Assembly: GCF_020745735.1 (NCBI RefSeq) | Contig: NW_026867573.1 | Location: forward strand, 62,001 to 126,000 | Direction of reading: 5' to 3' | Length of the DNA: 64,000 nucleotides | Source: Hemiscyllium ocellatum | Taxonomy: Eukaryota | Part shown: piece after piece, positions 51,740 to 64,000 of the stretch | Layout: every line of letters begins with the position of its first letter | How positions within the stretch are numbered: position 1 is the stretch's first letter | Notes under the pieces: generated by a model | Seen by the model: the letters and a program-made list of their open reading frames with translations, nothing else | Database searches by the model: none | Told to the model about the DNA's origin: nothing | Program-made: the position numbers and the translations under genes

Positions 51740-53150
51740 AATAAACACCGGGAATCAGTGGGCTAAATATGCATAGAGATTTCAGGAGCTTGCTCGAACA
51801 ATTGGGTTGTCTTGCTTGGGGATTTTAATTTTAATTATGTGGGCTGGTACGAACAGGCCATTTCCGAGCTTAGATGGTGTGAAAATGTGAAGTCCGATCA
51901 GGAACTTTTCTTTAAGCAGTACATCAACCGTCCTACTCGGCAAGTGGCAAATCTCGACCTATCTTGGAAAATAGTGCAAAACAGATGACGGAGATGATAG
52001 TGGCAGAAAAGTTTGAAACCAGAGGCCATGGTTCTAATAACTGTAATATTGTGCTGGCTAGGGAGAAAACTGTTCCCAAATTGCAGTAGGCGAAATTTGA
52101 TGGAAATAGAACAAAGAATGTAGAGGTTAATTGGAGCAGTTTGTTTGCAAGTAAAGGCCTTTGGTCATCTTCTACGTGGGAGGTTGCTTTGGAAAGTAAC
52201 ATTGCATAGATGCTGGGTGATCTGGCAAATTATATGCACTTTTTTCTTAATGTTAGGAAGAAGTGTTTAATAGTGGAAGGATGCTTGTTGGACGGGAGAC
52301 CTGTGAATATGCTCATTTCTATTTGTTATTTATGTAAATGATTTGGAAGAGAATGTACAAGGATTGATTAGTAATTTTGTAGATGGTTCAAAATAAAAGA
52401 TATCCTTCACATTGATAAGATTATCAGAACTTGCTGCAGAAACATGGTCAGCTTGGGACGCGGGCAACTCGGAGTGTAATATAAATAAGTGTGAGGTCTT
52501 GCATTTTTCAAAATCAAATCAAGGTAGGACGTCCATGCTGAATTGTAGGGCTGTAAGGAGATTAGTAGAACAGAGGGACCTTGGAGATCAGGTGCACAGT
52601 TCTCTGCAAGTGGAGCCACAGCTCGATATGGCAATGAAGAAATTGTTTGGCAGCCTCATTGGTTAATCCACTGAGTATCGACGTTGCAAAGTCATAGTGT
52701 AGTTGTACAGGATATTGATGAGGCCGCACAAGGTGCATTGTGTTCAGTTTTGGCCAAGTCGTTAAAGGAAAACTGTTATTTAACTGGAAAGAGCGTTTAA
52801 CAAATTAGCAAGGAGTTTTCCAGGACTCAGCGGTCTGAGATATAGGCAGGGTTTGGACAAGCTTGGACTCCTGACGATAAGGCTTCCGAGACAGAGAGGG
52901 GAGCTCAAAGAATTATATAAGATAATGAGAAGTATTGATTCACTTTGTCTTTTTCCCAAGATTGTGGAATCAAGGAATGTATAGCATCAGTTTAAGATTA
53001 GTGGGAAAAATAAGAGCGAACATGAGGGTCAGCATTTATTGTTTAGAGAGTGGTGCACATATCGAATGATCTTCCAGAGAAAGTGTTTAATGTGAGTACA
53101 TTAAGAACATTTAAAAGGCACTCGTTCATCTCTATGGATAGAAAATGTTC
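51740..53150 (+). mobile_element. Decayed CR1 LINE ORF2 (endonuclease end, deletion, RT C-terminus)
   Basis: LGDFNF, KCEVLHF, QRDLG, HCVQFW motifs. Confidence 0.8.
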
Positions 53151-53669
53151 AAACGGAGATTCTCTCGACACAAGTACTCAGTCATGAATTGTAGATAAAA
53201 ATTTCTAACAATAAAAACTCCAAGTCACTGATATATTTCCCGCAACACACAGATACATGCACAGTTAAAAGTATTGATGTTATAGGCGTAGCGAAAAATC
53301 GAAAAATAATTATCCGACACCGCGCCATAAGCATTACTGGCAATGACTTTTTTTACTCATTGTAATGTTTCTTGACCTTCATTCTTTTGGGTTCTTTGAA
53401 TTATTTGCAGATGATACATATTGCCTAGTTCGAAACTGGAAAGGCCATTCTCATTAAAAGGCTCAGAGTAAATGATTATGGGAAATGAACTGTCTATCTC
53501 CATGTTTTATACAGGCATCAACTAAAGAAAAGTTTCGATCTTGTAGAGTTGTGATGTATTCGGTCCAACAGCCCTCTCTCCAAGCGATTTATCGACCTAA
53601 GAGCCAAATGCATCGTTGTTGGAAGACAATCAGATGTGTGATTAATCATTTCACACGCAAATAAAATAT

Positions 53670-54850
53670 TGTCGTGATAAATAGTGATGAGGATTGTCAT
53701 AGCTTGCAGGAAGACGCAGATAGATGATCAGAGGTAAATGGATTTCAACCTGGAGATATGCCAGGTGATGTGCTTCGTCAGGACAAACGAGAAGATAGCA
53801 TACATGGCGAACAATCAAACTCTGACCCGCACCGAGGAACAGAGGAACCTTAAAGTGTTTGTCCATTTGGGAATCCCGACAGTATGGCAACAGCCCATTG
53901 GTCCCAACAAACACACACCAACCCGAAAAGAGCATCCCACCCAGATCCACCCCTTATTCCTGAAATACTTAATTTCCCTGGCGATCGCACACAAAATGCA
54001 CATCCTTGAACACTATGGGAAATTCTTCATAAGCTACACATCCTTTGTCTGTGGATGGAAACAGGACCACCAGGCTGAAACCCACTCATAAACGTGGATA
54101 ACGTGCAAACTCCTCACAGACAGTCGTCTCAGTTTTTATATCAAGTCCAGGTCCCTGATGATACTTGTAGCCGTGGTAACGACTGAGGCAACGTGCAACC
54201 TGTTATATAATATGTCAAGATTCCTGGATAAAATTATTAAGACGGCAAATGGTGTAAATGCTTTTGTTAATCGAAATATAGTGATTGCGTCGTAGAACTG
54301 CATTCAACGTTGGTTTGGCCATAACTAGAGTATCGCGTACGTTCCAGAATCCACATCACGGAGTGATGTCATTCCACTACCAAGGGTGAATGATGATTTG
54401 GAGGGACAAGTGAGAATTTATCAGAAAAGGTTCAGTTATGAAGAGCGATTACACAAACTCAGGTTGGTTGAATGACAGGAGAGCAGACAGAGATGGGAAG
54501 TGATTGAGATATATAAAGTTATCAGCTGCACAGGAAGAAATTTTCTTCCTTCACGGAGGGAACAATGAACAGGTGGCATAGATGTAAAGTCAGGGTCAAG
54601 AGATGTAGAGGAGATTTGAGGCTTTTTTTCAGTTAGAGAGTAGTTACAATATGGAATGCACGAGTGGAATGTTGCTCAAGGTGGAAGCCTTCATAATTTG
54701 AAAGAAGTATTTAGATGAGCACGCATAATGCCAAACCATGCGTGGTTAAATGCCAAGTGCAGCAAAATGAGAATCAAAATGTTCTAATGATGGGTTACCG
54801 GTGCTGAAAGGATAGGCGCATTGGCCTGCACCTGTCCTATAGATCATCAT
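53670..54850 (+). mobile_element. CR1 3' portion with a nested minus-strand SINE (about 53875-54200)
   Basis: ICQVMCF and EQRNL motifs; the SINE is similar to 11880-12205. Confidence 0.7.
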
Positions 54851-54959
54851 GTCTACTAACTTGATAGAGTTTAGCATATTTCACATTATCCCTAGCTGAG
54901 GCTCGTCTGTCACTCGCCACCCGATTGTTTAGACAAAAGCTTTGTAAACAGTGCTTACA

Positions 54960-56260
54960 ATGAACACAGAACGTAGAATGTAGAACGTTACGTTACAATC
55001 CAGGCCCTTAGGCATTCGATGTTAGGCTGACCTTTGAAAATAATCTGATGCCCACATAACCTACACTATTCCACTATTTTCCAAATGTATGTCCAGCGGC
55101 TATTTTAATGTTCTCAATGTCGGCGAGTCTGTTATTGTTTCAGGCAGGCCGTTCCATGCTACTACTACTCTATGACTGGAGAAAATATCCGGAATAACTG
55201 TCCTAAATCTATCACCTCTCAATTGAAAATAATGTCTCCTTATGTTATCCGTTAGCATTAGAGTAAAATGGCTCTCACTGTCCACTCTATCTAATATTCA
55301 GATTATCATATATATTTCGATTAAGTCACCTCCCAAACTTCTCTCCAAAGAAAACAGCTTCAGTTCCCTCGTAAGAAATTCCTTCTTTACCTGACAGCAT
55401 TCCAGTAAATCTCCTCTGAAACTTCCCTTTTTTTTAATAATGCAGTGACCAGAACTGCACACAATACTCCAGGAGCGGTATTACCATTATCTGGTCGAGC
55501 TGAAGCATGACGACGTGGCTCCTAAACCGAATCGCGCTACCACTAAACGCTAACAGACCAGTTGCATTCTCCACAACTCGAACAACTAGTGGAACTTTAT
55601 TAAACGCCTTACTGAAGTCTATGTTTACCATAGCATCGCTTTACCTTCATCCATCTTTATTTTCACGTTCTCAAAGAAATTAGTAATGTTAATGAAGCAC
55701 GACCCACCATTCACAAAACCGTGTTGATGAGACATAAACAAATTATTCATTGCCAGATGATTAAAGTTTCTATCGCTCATATTTTTTCCAACATCGTACC
55801 CTCAGCAGATGTAAGGCTCACTGGCCTATTAATGTCACGGTTGTCCCGAATCCCCTACTTAAACAAGGGAACAACATTTACCGTCCTCCATGCTGTGGCG
55901 ATACTCCTGTCAATAATCATGACATGACTATAGAAGCCAAAGTCTCTGCAATCTCCTCCCTGGTTTGGATCTGTGGATATTGAGAATCGTCTTAGTTATC
56001 CTTTCTATATCACTGGAACAGTAGGAACGTGCCAATATGTGACCCATCCTTTCTTGTTTTACAGTGTCATCCCAAATTACGTCAGTAGTTTTGTCCACAA
56101 CCGATCTCTCAGCTGCTGTAATGCTATACTTGATTAACAATGCCACACCCCATTTGCCATCTTCTCTCTTCTTGCTGACACATCTAAATACCGGAATCTA
56201 CCAAAACCATTCCTGTCCCTCCAAGAATCATGTTTCTGCAATGACCACAAGATCTAAATC
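54960..56260 (-). mobile_element. Decayed CR1 LINE (RT, endonuclease and 3' end)
   Basis: IDFSKAFNKVP and PLLEYCVQFWS motifs; gttctac tail. Confidence 0.8.
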
Positions 56261-56394
56261 CTAGGAACTAACCCATGATGCAAGATCGCCCACCTTATGC
56301 CGGACCAAAAGCCATGTCTTGCACTTCGGATAAAAGGGATGAAGGGACAGATGACTTGCTAAACGATGAGAAAATTCTGAAAGCCAAAGTACAC

Positions 56395-57040
56395 ATCTAA
56401 CGGGGAGTGCGACTCCAGGTTTCTCTAAAGGTTGACTTGCAAGTTGAGTCGGTGGTGAAGAAAGCAAATGTAATTGTTGTCATTTTTCTGAAGGAAGTTG
56501 TGATGTAAAACGAAAGACGCGCTACTGACACTTTATAAAGGTCTAGTTCGGACCCATTTCGAATACTATGTCGAGTTCTGTGTCCCACATCTCAGGAAGG
56601 ACGTAGTGGCACTGGAGCATGTCCAGGAGAGTTTCACACGGATGATGCCTGGAATGGTAGGTCTAACGTATGATGAAAGGCTGAGGATCCTGGGATCATA
56701 CTCGTTGGAATTTGGAAGGTTGAGAACAGATCTTATAGAAAGTCATACGAGACTACTTGTAACTGTGGGCACAGCCTGATAATTAGTGGGGTTCAATTTA
56801 AAACGTAAATGAGGAGACATTTCTTCAGCCAGAGTGGTGGAGATGCGAAATTCTGTACTACGGAGCGTCGTGAGGCCATAAAGTGTCTTCAAGTAAGAGA
56901 TTGATAAATTCCTAATCTCGCAGGGATGGGGGAAAATGGAGGTAAGTGCCGTTGAAATGCCCATCTGCCATGGTTGAATAGCGCGATGGACTCGATAGGA
57001 CGAATGGCCTTACTTCCACTCCTGTGTCATTTGGTCTCAT
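56395..57040 (+). mobile_element. CR1 LINE 3' fragment
   Basis: RTHFEYYVEFC.PHLRKD motif and 3'UTR. Confidence 0.8.
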
Positions 57041-57995
57041 GGATGCTCCTGGCATTGAAGTACACACATTTCAAACCAACATCTTGGTTGCCAGTAACCT
57101 CTTGCGACCTTGTAAACCTATCCCAGACCTCACTACCACCAACCTTCTGTCTGCTGGAACGACAATTCAGTTTCACATCCCACTGTTGTATTGTTTTAAC
57201 AACCTCCACCACCCAAGGAGCAGAAGCAAATTTCCGAATAAGGATACTGATACCCCTCTGATACAGATGAAGAACATCCTGTTTGTAGAGAACCCATCTT
57301 CCCAAGTAAGAGCTTCAATTATGCAAAATCAAAACCATTTGCTCCAGCACCATTTTTGCACTCACGCATTCACCTCCACTCTGCCGTATTCCTCGCTTCA
57401 CTGACATGTGCCACGGGCCATAAACCAGAGATAATAACACTGTTTGTTCTCGCTCTAAGCTTCCAACCTATCTCCCTGAATTTTTCCCTTTGGTGCCCTC
57501 CTATCTTCCTACCTATTTTGTTGATGCCAACATGGACAACGACTTGGATCTGCTTCCATTCCCCCTCAAGGATCCCGAAAACACGATCAGCGACATCGCG
57601 AACCTTGGCACCTGGGAGGCAACAACCCAATCGTGAGTTACTCTAGTCCCCACAAAACTCCTCTCTGTTCTCCTGGCAATGACTCCCCAATGACAAAAGC
57701 TCTGCTTCTCTTCCCCTTCCCTACTGAGCAGCAGGGATAAACTCTGATGCAGCAACCTCTACCCCATTACTTACTCCTTGTTAGTCGTTCCCTCATCAGT
57801 ATCCAAAATGGTATGTTTTTTTTCAGCGAATCTCCACAGAAGATCCCTGCACTGCCTAATGGTTCCTTTCCTAACTCCGGACGGTAACCCATCTACCTTC
57901 CTTGCGTGGAAGTGGAGTAACAACCTCCCTGTAATTCCATACAATAACTGCCTCCGCCTTTTGAATGACCAGACGTTCATCCAGCTTCACCTGCA
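57040..57995 (-). mobile_element. CR1 ORF1 (SGNH esterase) and start of the ORF2 endonuclease
   Basis: CCLPGAKVRDV...VVVHVGINKIGR...VIISGL; LKCVYFNARSI. Confidence 0.85.
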
Positions 57996-58820
57996 GTGGT
58001 TAAGGAAGCAAATGTAATTTTGTTATTTTCTCAAGAGCTTTGGAATGTAAAAGGGGAGATGTGCAACTGAGACTTTATGAAGGTCTGGTGAGGACACGTT
58101 TAGAATACTGTGTCGAGTTTTGGGTCCCAAACCTCACGAAGGACGTACTTGCACTGTAGCATTTCCACCAGAGTTTCACACGGATGACCCTAGATTGGTA
58201 GGTCGAACATATGATGTCAGACTGAGGATCCTGGGATCGTATTCATTGGAATTTAGAAGGGTGAGAGGGGATCAAATAGAAACAAATTCTAAGTGTTAAC
58301 CCTTTCTAAGCCATGCAACATCAAGAACATTGTCACCTGCGTGGCAACAAACCAATCGTGTGTTACTCTCTTTCCCACAAAACCGCCTATCAATTATCCT
58401 GACTATCGACTCACCAATGACTAAAGCTCTGCTCCTTTTCCCCTTCCCCACTGAGCAGTATGAATAGACTCTGCACCAGCGACCTCTTCTGCATGACTTC
58501 TGCCTGGATCGTCTTTCCACCAGGAGTATCCAAAATATTATACTTGTTGCGGCGAATCACCACAAACATCCCTGCACTGCTGAATGGTTCCCTTCCTTAC
58601 TCCTAACGGTAAGCTATCTAACATCTTCCTGTGGCTGTGGAGTAACTACCTCACTGTAACTCCTCACAATTACTGCCCCCGCCTTCTGAATGACCGGACG
58701 TTCATCCAGCTCCACCTGCAGTTCCCTAAATTGGTTCTCGATACACAGGAATTGGGTGCACTTCTCACTCATGATGTCAGCAATGAGCCTGAGGTGACTT
58801 ACTTCCCAAACGTGCAAGTA
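57995..58820. mobile_element. Second composite: CR1 3' fragment (+, 57995-58295) followed by CR1 ORF1 (-, 58296-58820)
   Basis: ALVIGESIVRIIDRRFCG and a zinc-finger/coiled-coil segment WEV...EKCTQF...ELQVELDE. Mirrors 56430-57995. Confidence 0.75.
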
Positions 58821-59238
58821 TCCTTTGAACCAACTTTAATGTTTAAAAATAATATTTTTCCCATTTCAATACACAGTGTAAAACAGAAAATTATTTTGCT
58901 TTAGTACATTCCATTCCAACAGACCTGGCCTCTTCTCGGTTCAGCCAGCCACAAAGAGTGACTCATAACTCTGTAATTTTCTTAGTTTAGTTTGACAAGC
59001 TCATTTGAGTTTCACAAAAAAAAACATCTGGGTTCCTCGGGAGAACTGAAGTCACTTGCTCAGTGACGGTACATGGCATAAACAATCCTAAAATTGGAAC
59101 GCAGCTGTTGATGGTGAATTGATTTCTGCTCCACAATTAATGAGCAAAGTCTCTCAGGGACTTCTCTGTCTGCTCCTTAAAAGGATTCCTGGCTCAACTG
59201 CACAGAATAACCCTTCAACTACTGGCAGATAACGAGTC

Positions 59239-59383
59239 ATGAATTTCAATGATTTATATCTATATGCTCTTGAAGGATACTTCGTCGCGTTTTCATGGAT
59301 TAATGGGGCCTTCTACACCAAAAGAATAATTCAGGATTTTGAGAGGATTTACTACCCAATACTTGCTGCTGTCAGTGTCCCCC
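59239..59383 (+). CDS. GPCR-2 exon 1 (GPR139/GPR142-like paralog)
   Basis: Reads MNFNDLYLYALEGYFVAFSWINGAFYTKRIIQDFERIYYPILAAVSVP plus C|GTAAGT. An in-frame TAA at 59230 precedes the ATG. The phase-1 donor is at the same position as in GPCR-1. Confidence 0.85.
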
Positions 59384-59759
59384 GTAAGTACTAAACGTCC
59401 TTATCCATTTTCTAAACGGTGTTGTACTCTTCACTTATAGTCCTGAACTGTTTCCTGATCCACGTTTGCTGGTAGATGGATTGCTAATTCTTCCTTACTC
59501 CCCTTGGTATATATGGTGAAATGTAAAGTTATGTTAGACCAGTCTACATTACACTGTCTATACAGTCACTACCGGAGACGAAGTGGATTGCTTTGCTGCT
59601 TCTTATCCTCGTGGCTATGGATCTAATTATCTACTTGCAAATGCCGATGGATCACCTGAAATACTCTGCAGGAATTGGCGATATTTGATTGATAGACCGT
59701 GAATATTTGAACCAGAGTTCTGCATCGGGAGATTCAATGTATTTAATATAAGATGACAG

Positions 59760-60005
59760 CATATCAGACAGACACAGGCGCAATCTCTCTCACAGATTCT
59801 CACTCTTGCAAAAATGCATACGCCCACTATCACTCACATAAACCCTTTCAGATGCTTTCCCAAATGCACAGAGAAATTCTCTCTCTCTTTCTCGAACTCT
59901 CTGTTACACACTCACCCACACACATGTGCGTGTGCACACACAAACAATTACGCACACACAATCAATGGCAAACACTCTCATGCTCAGATTATATCACGCA
60001 CAGAT
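59760..60005 (+). repeat. Degenerate (CA/CT)-rich simple repeat
   Basis: Runs of acacac and ctctct. Confidence 0.6.
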
Positions 60006-60024
60006 ATTATCAGAATATACCCAG

Positions 60025-63000
60025 TGTCGAAAAGTGTGGTGCTGGAAAACAAAGGCAGCATGTGAAGTGGAGGAGAGCTTAACTTTTGAGCAACAGCCCT
60101 TCATCACGAATGAGGGGGTGGCCCAAGGGGTCTGAAAGATACATGGGTGATGATCGGGAAGGGAACTGAGAATGCGATTTTCAGATAGAGTTTGGCGATG
60201 ATGGAAATTGTTCGGAAAGCAGGGTGGAGCAAATTTGTGGGAAGGAAAATGGAGAGTTATGACAGTTCAAGCAGGTGGAGCTGAGTTTCAAGGTTGGCTC
60301 TGGAATTGGGTGGCGAATGGGATGGGTGGGAAGTGAAGAAACCGGTGAAATCTGCATCGATCCCTTGTGGTTGGAGGGTCCCATGGGCGCGGTTTGAGGC
60401 ATTCTTCCTCCATGCATCGGCAGCCCAGAGTCTTACGGTGGAGGAGGTTCAGGACTTGCATGTTTTTGACGTTTGGGAGGGTGAGTTAAAGTGTTCTGCC
60501 ACACGACGGTGAGATTCTTTAGTCCATGTTTCTTGGAGGTGTTCTCAGAAACGCCACCAGTAGCCGCCCCGTCGCTCCAATATCGAGGAGGCCGCACCAA
60601 AACCAATGGACACAACAGGTGATGTGTTTGGAAGCAAAGCTAAATCTCTGTCCAAATGCGAAAGGATCATTTAGGGCTATGGATGGCGGTGAGTTTGAAT
60701 AGGTCGGCGCAAGTTTTCCTCCTTCTAAGGTGTCAAGGAAAGGTGCCAGGTGTGGACGATGTGGTGCTGGATGCTGTGGCCCGCACAAGGGATTCTCAGT
60801 GGTAATAATCTCTGGATTGCAGGTGGCAGTGGAAAGTGAAATATATCACAGGTAGACGACACAGCTGAAGATGTAAACTTGAATGTGGTATTGTTGCGGT
60901 GCAAGTTAAGGAGCGGGGAGGAATGTCCTTGTTCTGATTGAAAAGGCAGGGTTTAAGGGCATAGGTTAGCGAAATGGAGGAGATGCACTGGAGAACATCG
61001 TCGAACATAGCGAGGGGAAATTGCAATCATGAAGAAGGAGGCCATCGGGAATTTTCTTTGGGCGAATTAGTCCTCCTATGGTAAGATGCGTGCGATATAT
61101 TGGAAGGAATGGATAGCGCTTTCACAGAGGCCAAGATGGGACGAGGTGTCGTCCAGTTAGCTGTGGGAGGCAGTGGGTTTGAAGTCGATGTCTGTTTTGT
61201 GTTTGTTAACGGAAATGAAGATGCAGAGGTCCAGGAAGGGGAGAGAGGTTTCCCAGATGGTCCAGGTAAATTGAGGTCAGAGTAAAAGGTATTGGTGAAG
61301 ATGATGAACTGTTCATGTTGCTTGCAATAGCATGAGCTGGCGCTGATAGAGTCATTGATGAAGCAGAGGAAATGGAGGAGATTGTTGTCAGTGTATCTGC
61401 GGAGGATGTTCTACTCCATGCACCAGAGGACGGGGAATGCACAGCTGGGGCTTATGCGGATGCTCATGGTTACCCATTTTCTCTGGAGGAAATGGGAGAA
61501 TTGAAAGGAGATTTTGTTGAGGGTGAGATCCAGTTCAGCCAATCAGACGCATGTTTCAGTGGAAGTATGCGATTTGAGTCATCCGTTCACGACGGAATGG
61601 AGGGCTTGGATGTGTTTGTCACGGGAGAAGAATGTGTGAAGATCAAGTTCGGGAGCCAGAGAAACGAAAGTCAAGGAGGCGGTGGGTGGATTAGGTGGCA
61701 GGCCGAACATATGTGGGGAGATCCTAGAACAAGCTGTACAGAAGGTTGCCAAAGTATGCTGGCGTACGTTCTTTGGGAAAGGAGCTGCGTGAGACATTTG
61801 GTCAACCAGGGCAGTCCGGTTTGTGAATTTTGGGTCGTAGATAGAACCGGGCAGGGTGTTGTTCCCGGACTATGAGTTTTGAGGCTGAGTTTGGGAGATC
61901 CCCACGGTGATGCGATTGTGGATGGTCTAATACATGAAAGTTTGGTGTTGGCAGGTGAGCTCATGATTGAGTGGGAGTAGGAAAAGGTGTCCGTAAGTTG
62001 ATGCCTGACTTCAGCTATGTGGAGATTGGTGCGCAAATCTATCATCGTACCACTTAATCTGCTGGTTTGATGGGTATCCAGAGACACCAGTATTGTTCCC
62101 AGCTGTGCCTGCTTCTTCCTGAAGAAGGGGGAACAGTGTGTTTTCCGCAGCTGCACCGGCACCATTCTCAGCTATTTCCTCCGCAACAACCCCAATTGTG
62201 CTCCCTCGATGAGTTTGAAAAGTTTATGAATTTTAATAACAATTTATTCCCTGGCCTCAAATTCAGCTGGATGATCTCACACACATCCCTCTCTTTCCTA
62301 TACCTATCCGTCTTCGTTTCCGTTGACAGACTCAACACAAAGCAATTTCCCCATCCTTTTCGTCAAAGAATCCCTCGAGTCCATATCCTCCTCCTTTGTG
62401 CATCTGCCCTTGAAGCGCATCCATCCAATCACAGCAAGCACAGAGCACCCCGGTCCTCACGTTTGGGCCCAACAACCAACAAAAAAACGTGTCATCCTCG
62501 ACCATTTCCACTAGCTTCAAATAGACCACGTCACTCGAAATATATTTCTCGCCCCACCCGTACATGCGCTCCACAGGGGCAATTCCCTGGAGTACTCCTC
62601 CTTTAGGTCCAAGATCCCCATCAACCAACCTTCCGCTCCCAGCATCTTCACTTGCCAACCCAACATTCACTCCCAGCATCTTTCCTTACCAACGGACAAA
62701 TTACAAAGCCTCCACCTACACCTCCCTACTCACCACAGTCCAAGGCCCCGAAGGATCCTTCCACAACCGAGAGAGATTTAAATTCACTTCCATGCACATC
62801 ATATACTGTGTCCGTTGCTCTCGCTGTGCTTACCCTCCAACTGAAGCAGACAGAACGCTTACTTGCAAAACGTTTCAGAGATCATCTCTGAGATACATGC
62901 ACTAAAAACCCTATTGCCCTGTGGCCAAACACTTTAAATCCAACTCCCACTCCACCAAGGGCATGCACATCCAGGGTTTCCTCCACAACAAACATATAGC

Positions 63001-63410
63001 CACCCAACACCTGGATGAATACTGCTGCATCGTCCACCTTTGTTCCCTGCAACCATATGGGATCAATGTATATTTCACGCATTTCTTCAATCGCCACCAT
63101 CCATCTTTCCAACGTATTCCAGAGTCAACATTCTGACTCGACAGCAGCCTCTGAAACTGTCCAAAAAGTCGCTCTTCCTTCCTACCAATTCCCGTCAACC
63201 TCCTTTCTGACATTTCACCAAAATCCCTCATCTTCATCTACCTATTGAATTCCCTGCTACCTTCCCCACAGTCCACTTGCTTCCATGGATCTCTCACCTA
63301 ATTGGGCTTTTCCCAGTTTGCTGACGAAGAGTTTATGCTCGAAATGTCGACTCTCCGGCTCCTCGATGCTTCCTGACCGGCTGTGCTTTTCCAACACCAC
63401 ACGTTCCGTC
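60025..63410. mobile_element. Inverted-structure Penelope-like element (about 3.4 kb) in the GPCR-2 intron
   Basis: The left arm (-, about 60025-62165) has RT remnants (AMGNH.HKPPAV, SINDSISA) and GIY-YIG remnants. The right arm (+, about 62165-63410) has TSMHIIYCVRCSRC and HFKSNSHS. The ends aaagtgtggtgctggaaaa and ttttccaacaccacac are inverted repeats. Confidence 0.85.
63318..63352 (+). ncRNA. Degenerate minimal hammerhead motif, sense to the GPCR-2 pre-mRNA
   Basis: CTGACGA a GAGT ttat GCTC GAAAT GTC. Core and stem II are intact; stem I is mismatched and the helix III palindrome is broken. Confidence 0.45.
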
Positions 63411-63605
63411 ACTTTCTCCTACAACTATGTCTGCAAAAATTAGCTATGTCGGAGTAGAGAATGTGAATTTGGATGGCACTCTTAAAGGATTATGCCTTCT
63501 GAATGGGAAACATAGTCATGACTGCGCACCATTTATGGATGAAGTGAACATTCTTTCTTCCCTCATCAATCGTTAAGTATTATATCGAAGTTTCCTTTTC
63601 CACAG

Positions 63606-64000
63606 TTATTACAGTGACGATTGTGATCCTGTTCCGTGGGAAGTGTGGACTCTCCAGATGTGTCACTCGCTATCTGATGACCATGGCAATCGCAGATTTA
63701 CTAGTGGTGATCCTTGACCTGATATTGAGACATATTCCAATTGTTTATCCGGAAGTCTTCACTTTTCTGAAGGACATAGATGTGTGCAACATTCATGCTG
63801 TCCTGCTTTATGCAGCATCCGATTGCTCAGTCTGGTTCACAGTCACATTCACCTTCGACCGCTTGGTAGCCATTCGTTGTCACAAGTACAAAACTAAATA
63901 TTGTAATGAGAAAACAGCGGCGGTGGTTCTCGGAATAGTGACTGTACTGAGCTGTTTAAATAACATCAGCTGGTATTTTATGTATAACAATAATTATGGT
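63606..64000 (+). CDS. GPCR-2 exon 2, partial (TM1-TM4; runs off the window)
   Basis: Acceptor tttccttttccacag|TT. Open frame (L)ITVTIVILFRGKCGLSRCVTRYLMTMAIADLLVVILD...CNIHAVLLYAASDCSVWFTVTFTFDRLVAIRCHKYKTKYCNEKTAAVVLG..., clearly paralogous to GPCR-1. Confidence 0.9.

Noticed and set aside
61372-61875. 167-aa plus-strand ORF
   Set aside because: Antisense shadow of the Penelope RT.

Overview
Vertebrate genomic DNA, almost certainly from a shark or other elasmobranch. The evidence is HE1/V-SINE-type SINEs, HER1/CR1 LINEs with an esterase ORF1, Penelope-like elements (PLEs) and Gmr1-type Gypsy elements; a carpet shark is my guess from repeat style only. Most of the window is decayed transposon sequence. 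Two host genes can be supported, both two-exon class A GPCRs of the cartilaginous-fish GPR139/GPR142-like expansion, arranged head-to-head about 50 kb apart. GPCR-1 is complete on the minus strand: exon 1 at 9512-9581 plus exon 2 at 6872-7782, 326 aa. The ORF track misses exon 1 and adds 59 intronic codons. GPCR-2 is on the plus strand: exon 1 at 59239-59383 plus exon 2 from 63606 to the window end. It is absent from the ORF track and has lost the conserved TM1 Gly and Asn. The non-TE spacers between 0.9 and 31 kb hold mutually homologous, stop-ridden remnants that read as NACHT (NLR-type STAND NTPase) modules. At least one pair is head-to-tail with degenerate Walker motifs in both modules, which I read as a previously unannotated set of dead NLR-like genes (moderate confidence). 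PLE terminal repeats carry minimal hammerhead ribozyme motifs, one in sense orientation in the intron of each GPCR. All calls were read by eye; TE boundaries are approximate (about +/-50 bp).
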